Shown one piece after another: positions 37,960-49,051 of a stretch of DNA of 64,000 nt. The position numbers were made by a program, and so were the translations under genes. This DNA comes from Macrostomum hystrix (taxonomy: Eukaryota; Animalia; Platyhelminthes). How positions within the stretch are numbered: position 1 is the stretch's first letter; every line of letters begins with the position of its first letter. Under the pieces are notes generated by a model. The model was given only the letters and a program-made list of their open reading frames with translations, made no database searches and had not been told where the DNA came from. The DNA is taken from NCBI GenBank assembly GCA_950097015.1, contig CATNEN010000003.1, forward strand, positions 3,472,001-3,536,000, read 5' to 3'.

Positions 37960-38460
37960 TTTCTCAATCCCGAGTTCCCTCGTCCTCAGTTCGAATCCCC
38001 ATTTCCCAATCCTCAGTTCAGATCCATATTTCCCAATCCTCAGTTCAGATACCATATTTCCCAATCCTCATTTCAGCTCCCATATTTCCCAATCCTCAGT
38101 TCAGATCCATATTTCCCAATCCTCAGTTCAGATCCCATATTTTCCAATCCTCAGTTCAGATCCCATATTTCCCAATCCTCAGTTCAGATCCCATATTTTC
38201 CAATCCTCATTTCAGATCCCATATTTCCCAATCCTCAGTTCAGATCCCATATTTCCCAATCCTCAGATCAGATCCGCATTTCCCAATCCTCATTTCAGAT
38301 CCATATTTCCCAATCCTCAGATCAGATCCGCATTTCCCAATCCTCAGATGAGATCCCATATTTTCCAATCCTCAGTTCAGATCCCATATTTCTCAATCCT
38401 CATTTTAGTTCCCCAGTTCTTAATCCTCAATTCAGATCCCTAATTTCCAATTCTCTGCTC
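37960..38460. repeat. 27-28-bp minisatellite (atttcccaatcctcagttcagatcccat)
   Basis: About 16 units. Confidence 0.9.
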
Positions 38461-38866
38461 AGAACTCTGTTCGTTTCCTACTCATACGCAATATATTTAT
38501 TATGTCAATATTTTCTCATGTCAAAGCAGGGATATCATGCAGATCATAATTGCAAGTATGAAGCCTGAAAAACAGTGCTCAGCCATCGATCAATGGTGAC
38601 ACAATATCGAACGGAAATTGCTAATGCCATATTCTCAAGCAAACAGAGGATCTAAGAAGTGCATTGGCTTAACATTTATGCCTGTGTGCTAGGTTTCTGG
38701 CTTCATGTGACAAAGGATGAATATAGATAGGTTTTACTGTGCGCTCATGAAGCCAACAAAACATGCCTAGGATCTAAAACACGCGAATTTTACGGAGTGT
38801 TTTAAACACAGTTTCCGAGCTACAAAGGATCGATCAATGTGTCAGTTTGATTATCTAAATACCCAT

Positions 38867-39180
38867 TAGACAGGATTGGGTTCGATATCTAACTACATGT
38901 TAGACATGATTGCGTTCAATATCTAACTACATGTTAGACAGGATTGGGTTCGATATCTAACTACATGTTAGACAGGATTGGGTTCGATATCTAACTACAT
39001 GTTAGACAGGATTGGGTTCGATATCTAACTACATGTTAGACAGGATTGGGTTCGATATCTAACTACATGTTAGACAGGATTGGGTTCGATATCTAACTAC
39101 ATGTTAGACAGGATTGGGTTCGATATCTAACTACATGTTAGACAGGATTGGGTTCGATATCTAACTACCTGTTAGGCAGT
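38867..39180. repeat. 34-bp minisatellite (gacaggattgggttcgatatctaactacatgtta)
   Basis: About 9 near-identical units, no spacers. Confidence 0.95.
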
Positions 39181-39574
39181 CGGGTTCCATAGCTAACTAC
39201 AAGTCTATCTCTCGTACCTGTTAGTGACAGTTAGGTTCCGGATTTAACTACCTATTAGAGACAGTTGGGTTCTATGTACCCAAACCAACAGTAAGACACT
39301 AATTTATTACATTACTAAATGGTTGCCAGATGGCTGGATCATAACTGTCATAAATTATCCGGTGATTTCATTACGAACAATCTAATGGAATTGCCTTGGC
39401 TTTATCAATGATTAAACCAACATGTGGAGTCAATAGATCGATAATAGCCTACTTCCTGCGATATTCTCGACAGTTTCTCAGCTTCTGCGTAAAGAAGGAA
39501 GTAAAAACATTCAGTGATAATTAATTAAAATTGATTGATTGGCACATTAGCAAAAAAGAGTCCTTAGCTCATAA

Positions 39575-40177
39575 TTCTCTCTCTCACCTTCTCTGTCTCT
39601 GCCTCTCTGTCTATCTGGCCATGTGTCTATCTATCTCTCTCTGTCTCTCTCTGTCTCTCTGTCTCTCTCTGTCTCTCCCTGTCTCTCTCTGTCTCTCTCT
39701 GTCTCTCTCTGTCTCTCTCTGTCTCTCTCTGTCTCTCTCTGTCTCTCTCTGTCTATCTGCAGACTCTTAAGCGCTAGGCTAGACTCTACTGACGAGCTCC
39801 AATAAGAGCGAAACGCGTCTGGAGTTGCCTTGTTTCGAATCCGGATTTCATTTTTTTTCGATACATATCGGAATCGATTCCATTATTATACTCGTATTTT
39901 TTAATTTCAATGGGCAGTGTCCTCTCTCCTCTCTTCCCCTCTCTCTCCCTCTCTCCCTGTCTCTCTCTCTGTCTCTCTGTCTCTCCCTGTCTCTCTCTCT
40001 GTCTCTCTCTGTCTCTCTCTGTCTCTCTCTCTTTCTGCCCTGTTGAAGAATTTTTAATTCAAAATATCAGCAAAATTAAAATTAAAGTCAGCTTTAACTC
40101 TTTACCGCGTCAGTGCCTGGGATTGGAGGTGCTCTCCTCTCTCTCCCCCTCTCTCCGTCTCTCTCTGTCTGTCTCTG

Positions 40178-40210
<33 letters not shown>

Positions 40211-40257
40211 GTCCCTCTGTCTCTGTCTCTCTCTCCGTCTCTCACTGTCTGTCTCTG

Positions 40258-40290
<33 letters not shown>

Positions 40291-40517
40291 GTCCCTCTGT
40301 CTCTGTCTCTCTCTCCGTCTCTCACTGTCTGTCTCTGTCTCTCTCTGTCTCTCTGTCTCTGTCTATCTCTCTGTCTCTGTCTATCTCTCTGTCTCTCCCT
40401 CTCTCTCTCTGTCTATCTCTCTGTCTCTTTCTGTCTCTCTCTCTCTGTCTATCTCTGTCTGTCTCTGTCTCTGTCTCTCTCTGTCCCTCTGTCTCTGTCT
40501 CTCTCTGTCTGTCTCTG

Positions 40518-40550
<33 letters not shown>

Positions 40551-40885
40551 GTCCCTCTGTCTCTGTCTCTCTCTCCGTCTCTCACTGTCTGTCTGTCTCT
40601 CTCTGTCTCTCTGTCGCTGTCTATCTCTCTGTCTCTGTCTATCTCTCTGTCTCTCCCTCTCTCTCTCTGTCTATCTCTCTGTCTCTTTCTGTCTCTCTCT
40701 CTCTGTCTATCTCTGTCTGTCTCTATCTCTGTCTCTCCCTGTCTCTGTCTGTCTCTATCTCTGTCTTTCTCTGTCTATCTCTCTGTCTATCTCTCTGTCT
40801 ATCTCTCTATCTCTCTGTCTATCTCTCTGTCTATCTCTGTCTGTCTGTCTGTGTCTATCTCTCTGTCTCAGTCTGTCTCTCTTTA
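39575..40885. repeat. Compound (CT)n/(CTGT)n microsatellite region in three blocks
   Basis: Blocks at about 39575-39757, 39920-40035 and 40132-40885. Confidence 0.95.
39776..39830 (+). ncRNA. Type I hammerhead ribozyme (predicted cleavage after GUC, C39819)
   Basis: CUGACGA at 39789-95. Stem II GCUC/GAGC with loop CAAUAA. GAAA at 39810-13. Minimal stem III A-C-gc-G-U, then C17. Stem I acucua/uggagu, a UAG/U internal loop, then aggc/gccu. Confidence 0.9.
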
Positions 40886-40929
40886 TTTCACGCTCTCTTT
40901 CCCAGTCAAAAGGAAATTGAGCCAGATGT

Positions 40930-41131
40930 GCAGCCGTGAACAGCACAGCCGCAGCTATAATTTTCGGCTCTCTGAAGGCTGCGTACCGCTGTTCAGTCCA
41001 TGGACTTAAGGTTATCCATTTAGACTGCTGGGCGAGCTAAAAGTTAAGAGTGTAACTTCAAAATGAAACAATCTGTTCTAATGAAGTTAGGAATCGAACC
41101 GCCGACTTACTTCAAGTCGTCGCTAATGCTA
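40930..41131 (-). mobile_element. Diverged SINE copy
   Basis: ctgaaggctgcgtaccgctgttcagtccatggact and ggaatcgaacc are reverse complements of the SINE tail and B box. Confidence 0.7.
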
Positions 41132-41719
41132 CGTTTGTTAACATCTATATATCTGCTGGCGCAGTAGCACAGATCCTATTAAACTATCTACTTGAAGGCC
41201 GTACCATACAAATAGCTGCTCTAGCATAGAGATCTATTGAATTTAACCAGATTTATCCAGTCGGATGGGTTTCGGGTGTGGCCACCGTGAAGCCGTGATT
41301 CAGCAGGCGAGAGAGACAGAAGAAATAAGAGTATTCGAGATGGATAGAGAGAAAACTGCTGACTTGCCATGAGTTATATATATAATGTTCATTTATAATA
41401 AGATTTACATGTACTCGCAGCTATTTTGATTACTTTAGCGAGTAAATAAGCGGCAGCTTGTTTTGTTAGATTTTGCTAAAAGTACACTCACTACATGCAC
41501 GCATCGCATGGCATGTCAATGCTGCAGACTGTTCTAAAAACACCCCTAATCTCGTCTCCTCTCTACCCCCCCCCTATACTAGCTGTCTACACTCCGAAAC
41601 CCTCCCTCGACAACCTCCCTCCCATGACCGACTGTACACTCAAAAGCGTTTTTTGGTAAAATTTTGCTTCCCACGCTGTACAGACACACCCGCCCCCGGG
41701 GCACACGCAACCCTAAACC

Positions 41720-41726
41720 TATAAAA
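41720..41726 (+). promoter_or_regulatory. TATA box of the annexin gene
   Basis: tataaaa(gg) about 95 bp upstream of the annexin ATG. Confidence 0.55.
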
Positions 41727-41815
41727 GGTTAAGAAATTCTCACTCTATAGCCATAGCCAAATCTTACAATAAGTTAAAACAAACACATACGCATAGTTCC
41801 GGCAGGATTCTCACA

Positions 41816-43253
41816 ATGGCCGTCTCCAAGATTGACCAGCCCTTTAACGCACTTCAGGAGGCAGAGAGACTGCACGCCGCCATGAAGGGCATCGGCACCA
41901 ACGAGCAGCTCATTATCGACGTCCTGGGTCATCGGCCGTCGCATCAGCGAGCGGAGATCGCCAAAGCGTTCAAGACCTCCTACGGCAAGGAGTTGGATAG
42001 CGCTCTGAAATCTGAGCTGAGCGGCGACTTTCTTGAAGTCTGCGAAGGACTTTGCTACTGCCTGAGCGACTACGACGCCAAGTGCTTGCACCAGGCTGTC
42101 AAGGTATTCTCTAAACTCAAAATTGCAATTTGTCCTACTATGCTAGTCACGTGGATTCGAATTTAAGACATCGGTGAAAGAAATATTAATAGTGCAGCAG
42201 TCACAAGCTAATTTTATCTCGCCTCTCAAGATTGATAAATTTTTATCATTAATATTAAATTACCATTTAACACATGCGCAGTTTCTTTATTATCGCGCAA
42301 AAAGGAAGTTATAATTTAAAAAATGGCAACAAACAACTTCGTCAATAAGAACGAAATAACAAACAAATGCTGCTATCGAATTAAACATTAAAAAAACTAA
42401 TTTGTTAAAAATTTCATCACTTTTATTAATCTGCTTCTAAGAAATCAGTTCATTTAAACAACAAACTCTTGATTTTTCACTCAGGGCGCCGGCACAGACG
42501 AGGAGGCTTTGATCGACATTCTATCGACGCGTAACAACACGCAGATTCAGGCCATCAAGGCCTCGTACTCCAAGCTGATCCATCGCGACTTGGAGGCCGA
42601 CATTAAGTCCGATGTCAGCGGCAACTTTGGCCGCGTCCTGGTTGGAATTCTGACAGCCAACAGGGACGAAAATCCCAATGTTGATCCCAATGTGGTCGCA
42701 CAGGATGTTGAAGCACTGTACCAGGTTGGTTTTACCTCCTCTGCTCCCATTATTTCCTCTCCTACCCAAGTATATTTTCCAACTCGTACACAGTTTTTAC
42801 AGTTTTGAAACATCCCAACATTTACTTTTTTTAAAGGCCGGCGAGAAGAAAGCTGGCACCGAAGAGTCGACTTTCAATCGGGTTCTGTGCAGCCGCTCCT
42901 ATCCGCACATCGCCGCTGTAGCCAGCGAGTACGCCAAGCGGCACAAGAAGAACCTGATGGACGTTATCGACAGCGAGACCAGCGGAAGCTACCGCAGCCT
43001 GCTCCGCAGCGTCGTGTCCTACGCCATGGATCCGGCAGCTCACGTGGCCGAACTATTCTACAAGAGCATGAAGGGTCTGGGCACCAACGACCGTCGGCTG
43101 CAGCGCACCGTTATCACCCAGTGCGAGTCCGACCTGCCGGCCGTAAAGGCCGCCTTCCAGCGACTGCACAACAAAGGCCTGGGCGAGATGATTCGAGGCG
43201 ACACTTCGGGTGATTATCGCAAAATTCTTCTGGCTCTCATTGGCGAAGCCTAA
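41816..43253 (+). CDS. Annexin (4 repeats, about 314 aa, very short N-terminus); exons 41816-42103, 42485-42724, 42837-43253
   Basis: Endonexin motifs MKGIGTNE, VK|GAGTDE, GEKKAGTEE and MKGLGTND, each with a downstream acidic cap (SELSG, SDVSG, SETSG, GDTSG); phase-0 GT-AG introns. Confidence 0.95.
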
Positions 43254-44259
43254 AGATGAATTCCTTTAGTTCCTCGGGTTCAGAACATTTTCGGAGAACC
43301 AATCAACAAGCATTACCAAACAAAAAAGTTGAAGTTACCAAAAATTGCACTTTTCCTCGAAACTCAATCACGGCTGATTCAGCTTTTCACAGAACGGTCA
43401 CTTTAAAACAAGATTTGACAAATATTCTTACAATTCTATTACAATAACTATTACTATGTGACTGTAGCAGTCATATTATATAATGAGTATTTGGACACGG
43501 CAAAAGGACCAAATTCAGCAATAGATCATTATATGGTTAGAAATAATTTTTATAGCGAACGTTTTTATGCTTCTGATTATTATAATACCATTCATCCAAG
43601 TGCAACCTATTTAGCAACTTTCAAGCAATATTTATTTATGTTCCTAGTTATAAAGTCCATAAAACATCAGAATAACGAGTAGCTTACTATAGTTTAAATC
43701 ACAATTTAAATTAGCTTTAAATTGTCACTTCACTTTGCGACTTCAATACACAATAAACAATAATATTTGTGTTCCATCATTCATTGACTAAAAACCGTGT
43801 ATTTAACTTTCTAGACCGTCTTTATAACCAGAAATGATAAAACAATTTTTATACTCAAATGTTTACGTCTTTGTCAGTTTTATAATTCGTAGTAATCGGC
43901 GCACACGTTAATTTTTTAATTTATTCTGCTTTTCTACTTTATACAAAAACGTCACTCATATTTATTGTTATTTGTTTTTGTTTGATGGAACGTTAAAAGT
44001 GCATTCTATAAAAACCAAACCGTTTTGGATAATATAACATTGTTATTTGTGTTGTAGTCACCTTGCAACTTAAATTTGCAACTGTTGCGGTTAAACATAA
44101 AAATTTGCAAAGCTTTGAACAAAAATATATTTAAAATTTGTGACAGTGCACCGGTTTGTTATTATTCAAATTTCACAAAAATGTGAATTTTAGTGAAACT
44201 GCCTCGTTTATTTTGATTAAAACCTGATATTTTAATAAAAACTTTACTACTTAAAGTAG

Positions 44260-44598
44260 TTAAAAGTACTTACAACTACATTTTTGTCTGAATTTGAGGT
44301 GAGTGGCAAAACGGTTAACGCGTTTGCCTCTCGCACCGAGGTCCCTGAGCTCGATTCCATTTATTTGGGGCGCAGCCGCTGAGGGCTTGGGGTTTGTCGT
44401 GCAATTTACATCCTCCAAGTCATAGTGAAAGTGTACACTGCCTGACGACGAGAAAGTCAGGGCAGATGTACACACCTGTGTGCGTGTGTGCTCAGGAGTC
44501 AGCGAAACGGGCAGAATTGCCTCGTCGCTGGCTGCGGTCTAGTGTCACCAAATGATGTGCCCACAGCCCCCGCAGCAGTTATTATTATTGTTATTATA
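44260..44598 (+). mobile_element. Retroelement 3'-end-like dispersed repeat ending in (TTA)n, copy 2
   Basis: Homologous to 13510-13787 and retains an extra segment of about 50 bp, gtcagcgaaacgggcagaattgcctcgtc... Confidence 0.7.
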
Positions 44599-44836
44599 AA
44601 TGTCTGAATAAATGTTCGGATAATCTCGTTCGCAGCCACATATACGAGCGTATGCATGCAGGCCATATGCGTTTTGTTTTAAATTGACTAACATGCAGGA
44701 AACTCACTGACTTAACTTACAAGTTTTGTCAAAACATGTTTATTTGTACTATAAGTTAATAACAAACAGCTAGAGGGACGGGAGATGCGCTGCATGGCCG
44801 TTCAAAGCAAAGGGGTCGATAAAATTGCAGTGGTGG

Positions 44837-45976
44837 TGTATAGTGTCAGCTTGTTTGTCCTTCTATCTCCCCGCCGAGTTATTATTCAGTGCTTATTGTG
44901 TATTTTTTGACGCTTGTGTTTTTTTAGCTAACAGTCACCCACGCCAAGCCGGGAGGACCGGTCGGGGGAGCGGACGCCCACCACCCCGCGAGCGCTACCT
45001 GGGCTACAGTCCCGGCCAATCAGCAAACGACCCGGCCTCACTACCTGTCGACCCTCGGCAAGAAGCAATCCCGGGGCTCAGAACGGCGGTCGCAAGTCTA
45101 CTGTGATTTGTCACCTTGGCTCAAGCTACAGCCAGGCATCCACCTCGCCGATCGACCTAATTTGGGGTTAACATGACTCTATAAAAGGAAGCGTGTTTTT
45201 GCAGTGACTTTTTATCGTTCTCCGCAATTCGCCTCACACTGTGAGAAGCACGTGCAAGCTAGTCCACTTTGTTTTGTCTCGCCCCGCCTGACCACGCTCC
45301 GCTTGTTCAGTTAGGTAGCTTTCGGCGCTACGCGTCTTGAGAGTGCGCCGCTGACAAGGGTGGTCTAGATAGGCGCTTGTTGTCGAAGTCAGTACGTGCT
45401 ATCTTCGGAGACTCCGCCGTCAGGCAGAAGGAGCGCCAACCGATAGGATCTGTCGGGGCAGCGCTGAAAGCAGAGACAACCGGAGCCTCCCGGGAAGAGT
45501 AGGGCGCGGATTAGGCCAGTTTAAGTAAAATTGTTATATCCAATTTCCCCGGACCAAATTTGCTTTTGTGAGCGCGCTATATTGCTTTCCGTGCGAATAT
45601 CCTCATTCTGTCAGTTTAACTTTTGAATCAAGTTGAGCAAGTATGCGAGATTCAAATCAATTAATTCCTATTCTTATCTGGAGTCGGCGAGTCACAAAAC
45701 ACAGACTAAATCACTCCCAATCAATTTATTCGAGTCCTCGTGTTCATACTGTGTTATTCATTTTTCATTGGGAGTTTCGCCGGGCCGGAGGACGACACGC
45801 GGGTCTCTTCGCTAATCTATTCCACTTCGCTCGCTACCCCAGTCTCATAACGCTATTTATTTTCAGATTTCCCTGCTGCTATTGAACCGATTGGTAGAAC
45901 ACCGACCACGGTGAATAGTGAATAGTCGCTAGCTTTAAATTCCTCACGCTCCAGCTAGGACATTCATTTTATTACA
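44837..45976. mobile_element. Solo LTR (1140 bp), Gypsy-like
   Basis: tgta...taca termini; 4-bp TSD gtgg (44833-36 and 45977-80); internal tataaaagg at about 45180; removing it restores the hAT TIR. Confidence 0.8.
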
Positions 45977-46454
45977 GTGGGAGTGAGGTGCGAATTTCGG
46001 GATTAATGGCGTGAATGCGCGATTTCTGACGCGAGGTGCGAATTTTTTAATGCTCAGTGCGTGAAAATTTCAATGAAACAACAATTGGTAAAATAAGTTC
46101 GTCTATAATGGTGACGTCATTTGTCTTTGGGCACGTAAGCGAGACGACTTAAAAGTTGATTGTGCCTGGTGTAAAGTCGATTTTGTTTTTCTAAGTGGCA
46201 TTACAAACTCGCATGCTCTCATCGCGAAATTTCGAAGGCCCGTCGGAGCAGCAGCTCCCTCAAGATGTTGATGGCAGGGGCATCCGCAGGCCAGGCTGAT
46301 CAGAGTATTGGCACGTCTTGCGAGCCAAACGACTCAAGTCACTGCGAAAGTCTCGGAAATTCGTTTTATCACGAGAATTATTATTAAAAATCGTAGCTTT
46401 GAGCCTAAGGATGACGCCGTTGAGGACTTACGTGCGATTTGTTCCGACTCCAAG

Positions 46455-46676
46455 ACCATCTGCCAGCTCGTCCGATACCTAAGGGCCACCGGGTGAGTGA
46501 CTCTCCACCTCCTGGACTCTCCGGAGGAGGACCGCGCTGTGGACGCCGGCATCAGTACCGGATCCCCCTATGCGACACCGCAGCTTTAGTTGCCCGTGGT
46601 CGCCCGGGGCTAGCGGAACGGGCGGCAACGCCTCCCCGCTGCATCGAAGGATGCCCCCTGCAGCTAAGTCAAGCAA
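46455..46676 (+). mobile_element. 5'-truncated non-LTR retrotransposon tail (222 bp) with 10-bp TSD
   Basis: TSD cgactccaag at 46445-54 and 46677-86. The insert encodes the ORF end QLVRYLRATG*, then a GC-rich 3' UTR and a taagtcaagcaa tail. Confidence 0.75.
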
Positions 46677-47987
46677 CGACTCCAAGTTTCCGGCTGCAGC
46701 TTCATCGATCGAAGATTTCTTACCTCGTGTCTCACGGCCTCTTTCCCTACCTGAAGGAGGTTATTCTGGCCGATGTTTGCAGCAACAGCAAGTCACCAGA
46801 CTCAGGCTTTTTTCAGTGCAAATTGATGAAGCCGATAAGAATGGAAAGTTTCTCGGCATCCTTCTGCGATATCTTTCTGAAAATAGTACCGAAAAAACTA
46901 TGAAGGCCAAATCAGTCTGCATAGATTTGCCTATGCTGTCTTCTACAACTGCCGCAGCTATTTCTGTTTCTATGTTGCAGACGATTTCGGAGTGCAACCT
47001 CGACAAGTCAAAGTGTGTCGGAGTGACGTCGGACAACTGCAACACCATGCGGGGCTTCAAGAGCGGAGTAGTTGTTCGACTTCGGGATGACCTTCGAAAT
47101 ATCATTGATGTAGGCGGCTGCAGCCTTCATCATATACACACAATGCCGCGAAGTACTTAGGTCTCAGCGTAGAGACACTAGTGCGCGACCTCTACGAGCG
47201 TATTGCCACTTCAAGTTATCGCTCGACGAAAAGGACCGCTTACATGTCAGTGCAACTGAATTCGATGAAGTGCAAAAGCTGGCATTTATTCGGCCAGTTG
47301 ACACCCGTTGGCTGCAGCTGTTGCCGGTAGTTCTTTGTGAAGGTAACAGAGAAACTCTTTGCCGCTGAGCAGCTCCACTCTTTGTGCCTGCCAACTGCTG
47401 GATCCGAAAAAGCAGACGAACGATCGGTTTGTTCAGTGGGTTGATACTGTCGAACTTTCGAACCTTCTGCCAGAAAGCGTTCAACAGAAAAAGTTCCGCT
47501 CTGGATAAGAACAGCGTGATAATGACAATATTAAACAATTAGTCGTGTTTTTAGGCTAATGTTATGTTAGTTGCCTTTTACTTGCTTAAAATTACATCTT
47601 CCAAAGTTAGACATATAGCTTAGTTTAGGCGCGAAAAAATGAGCACTCCTCACTCCCACCACAGCGATAAATTTAAGCATGTGGAAAGGTGTCACACAGA
47701 CATGCTTCTGCTCTATGAATTGTGGGCAACGAGCGTAGAAAAGAGCCCACAAAGCAAATCGAGCCTGTTTCCCACGGACCCTTCAAGATCAGCAGCCCGA
47801 CGTCCTGAACAGATCGTTGTGCACTGAAACTTTCTTCGAGTCTCCAAGTCGGCATTCCAAGGGGTGGTCAGGAAGCCTGGTTTACTGTTTAATCTAAGCC
47901 AATCAAGCTTTAACGGTATAGGACTGCCATCTTGCCGCCCGTTTTTATACCAAGAGGGGGGAATTTCAGTGAAAAAAAAACTTTGGT

Positions 47988-48390
47988 AGCGCCCGAATGC
48001 TAACAGCGTTGGGTGGTGACCAATTGGTTAACGGACTAGGCGAGGGTGTCCTGTGGTTGATCAGTCAAATCGGAGCAATTCGCGTCAAGGTCCATAGTTG
48101 CTTAGTTCCACCTGTTGCAGCCATTGAAGGTCCAGCAGTCCGTCTAGATAAAGCTAGGTGACCAACGAAGACGGAGATGATGCAGGGCACATTCAGGTGA
48201 CATGCTGACCTATTTTGAAGACCTGGCAAGTAATTCGTGTATGTGGTGTATGTGGTGTATGTACAAGCGCTTTTGGTAAACATCTGACCTTCGGCCAGAA
48301 CCATTGAAAATCTCGACTGTCTTAAACAAAAATTTGGCCCGTGTTCTTAAGTTTCGTGTGCTTGCGTTGCTCCGTTCGGGTGCAGCACAA
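47988..48390 (-). mobile_element. Dispersed repeat copy 2 (inverted homolog of 2425-2882)
   Basis: Direct block matches to copy 1. Confidence 0.75.
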
Positions 48391-49051
48391 CAAATTGTCA
48401 GGGAGGAAATCCCCTTGGTATAGTTCCACTGTTAAAGATTAGGATTAAAATTCCCAGGAATCGTTGAGTTTTCTACGAATTTAGGGCCGGGAAAAGGGAC
48501 AGAAATTTGCTTAACTTGTTAAATTTGAAAATGCAGAACACATTTTTTGCACTGGAAATAAAAAACGATGCACAGCTACTCCAGATAATTTATATAGGCT
48601 CCATGCATAATTCAATGTCAACATACATTCTAGTTAGCAATGTTTTCATGTAATAAACGAACAGATAAGCAGGAGTCGAAAGTCAGCAAATGCAAATGAA
48701 TAATTTTGAATAGATTAAATACGAGTATCTAGGGAGCGATTCAGAGCATTTGAAACCCAAATTTTTTAGGTTGTGACCGAAAAGTCAAAGTGCTATGTTA
48801 ATAATATACGATAAGAATTTGTTGGACTTGCTCTTAAAAAATTATCTATCTGGGCACCTCGGGGTGTTTTTTTTCGCGTTGGCACTATAAGTGCTTCATT
48901 TATAAATGCAAATTCAATGCAAAAGTCAAAAAGGTACAAATAATTTAGCTCCCTGATTGTCCACTTCGCGCACCTAAAACTTGAGGAATTCTGAAGTTCT
49001 AAGAAAAACTAAACAGTAAAAGAAAGGAAGGCTATTATCAAAGCAGCTACA

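Larger units (their letters stand above)
44828..47664 (+). mobile_element. Decayed hAT-superfamily DNA transposon with two nested insertions
   Basis: Left TIR cagtggtgg|gagtgagg (split by the LTR) matches right cctcactcccaccacag. Transposase fragments: SKISYLVSHGL, QIDE, GVTSDNCNTMRG..SGV, GCSLH, DTRWL. Flanks cgataaaattg / cgataaattt resemble a degraded TSD. Confidence 0.85.

Noticed and set aside
37960-38460. Minus-strand units read CTGAGGA-ttgg-GAAA-tatggg-ATC, resembling tandem minimal hammerheads
   Set aside because: There is no G-C stem II pair and stem I (tgaa/tgaa) cannot pair, so this is likely coincidence.
38867-39180. 34-bp repeat with an internal hairpin (tctaac-tacat-gttaga), CRISPR-like in length
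   Set aside because: Units are head-to-tail with no unique spacers, there are no cas genes, and the context is eukaryotic.
39910-41009. Long Leu/Ser/Cys ORFs
   Set aside because: They are translations of the (CT)n microsatellite.
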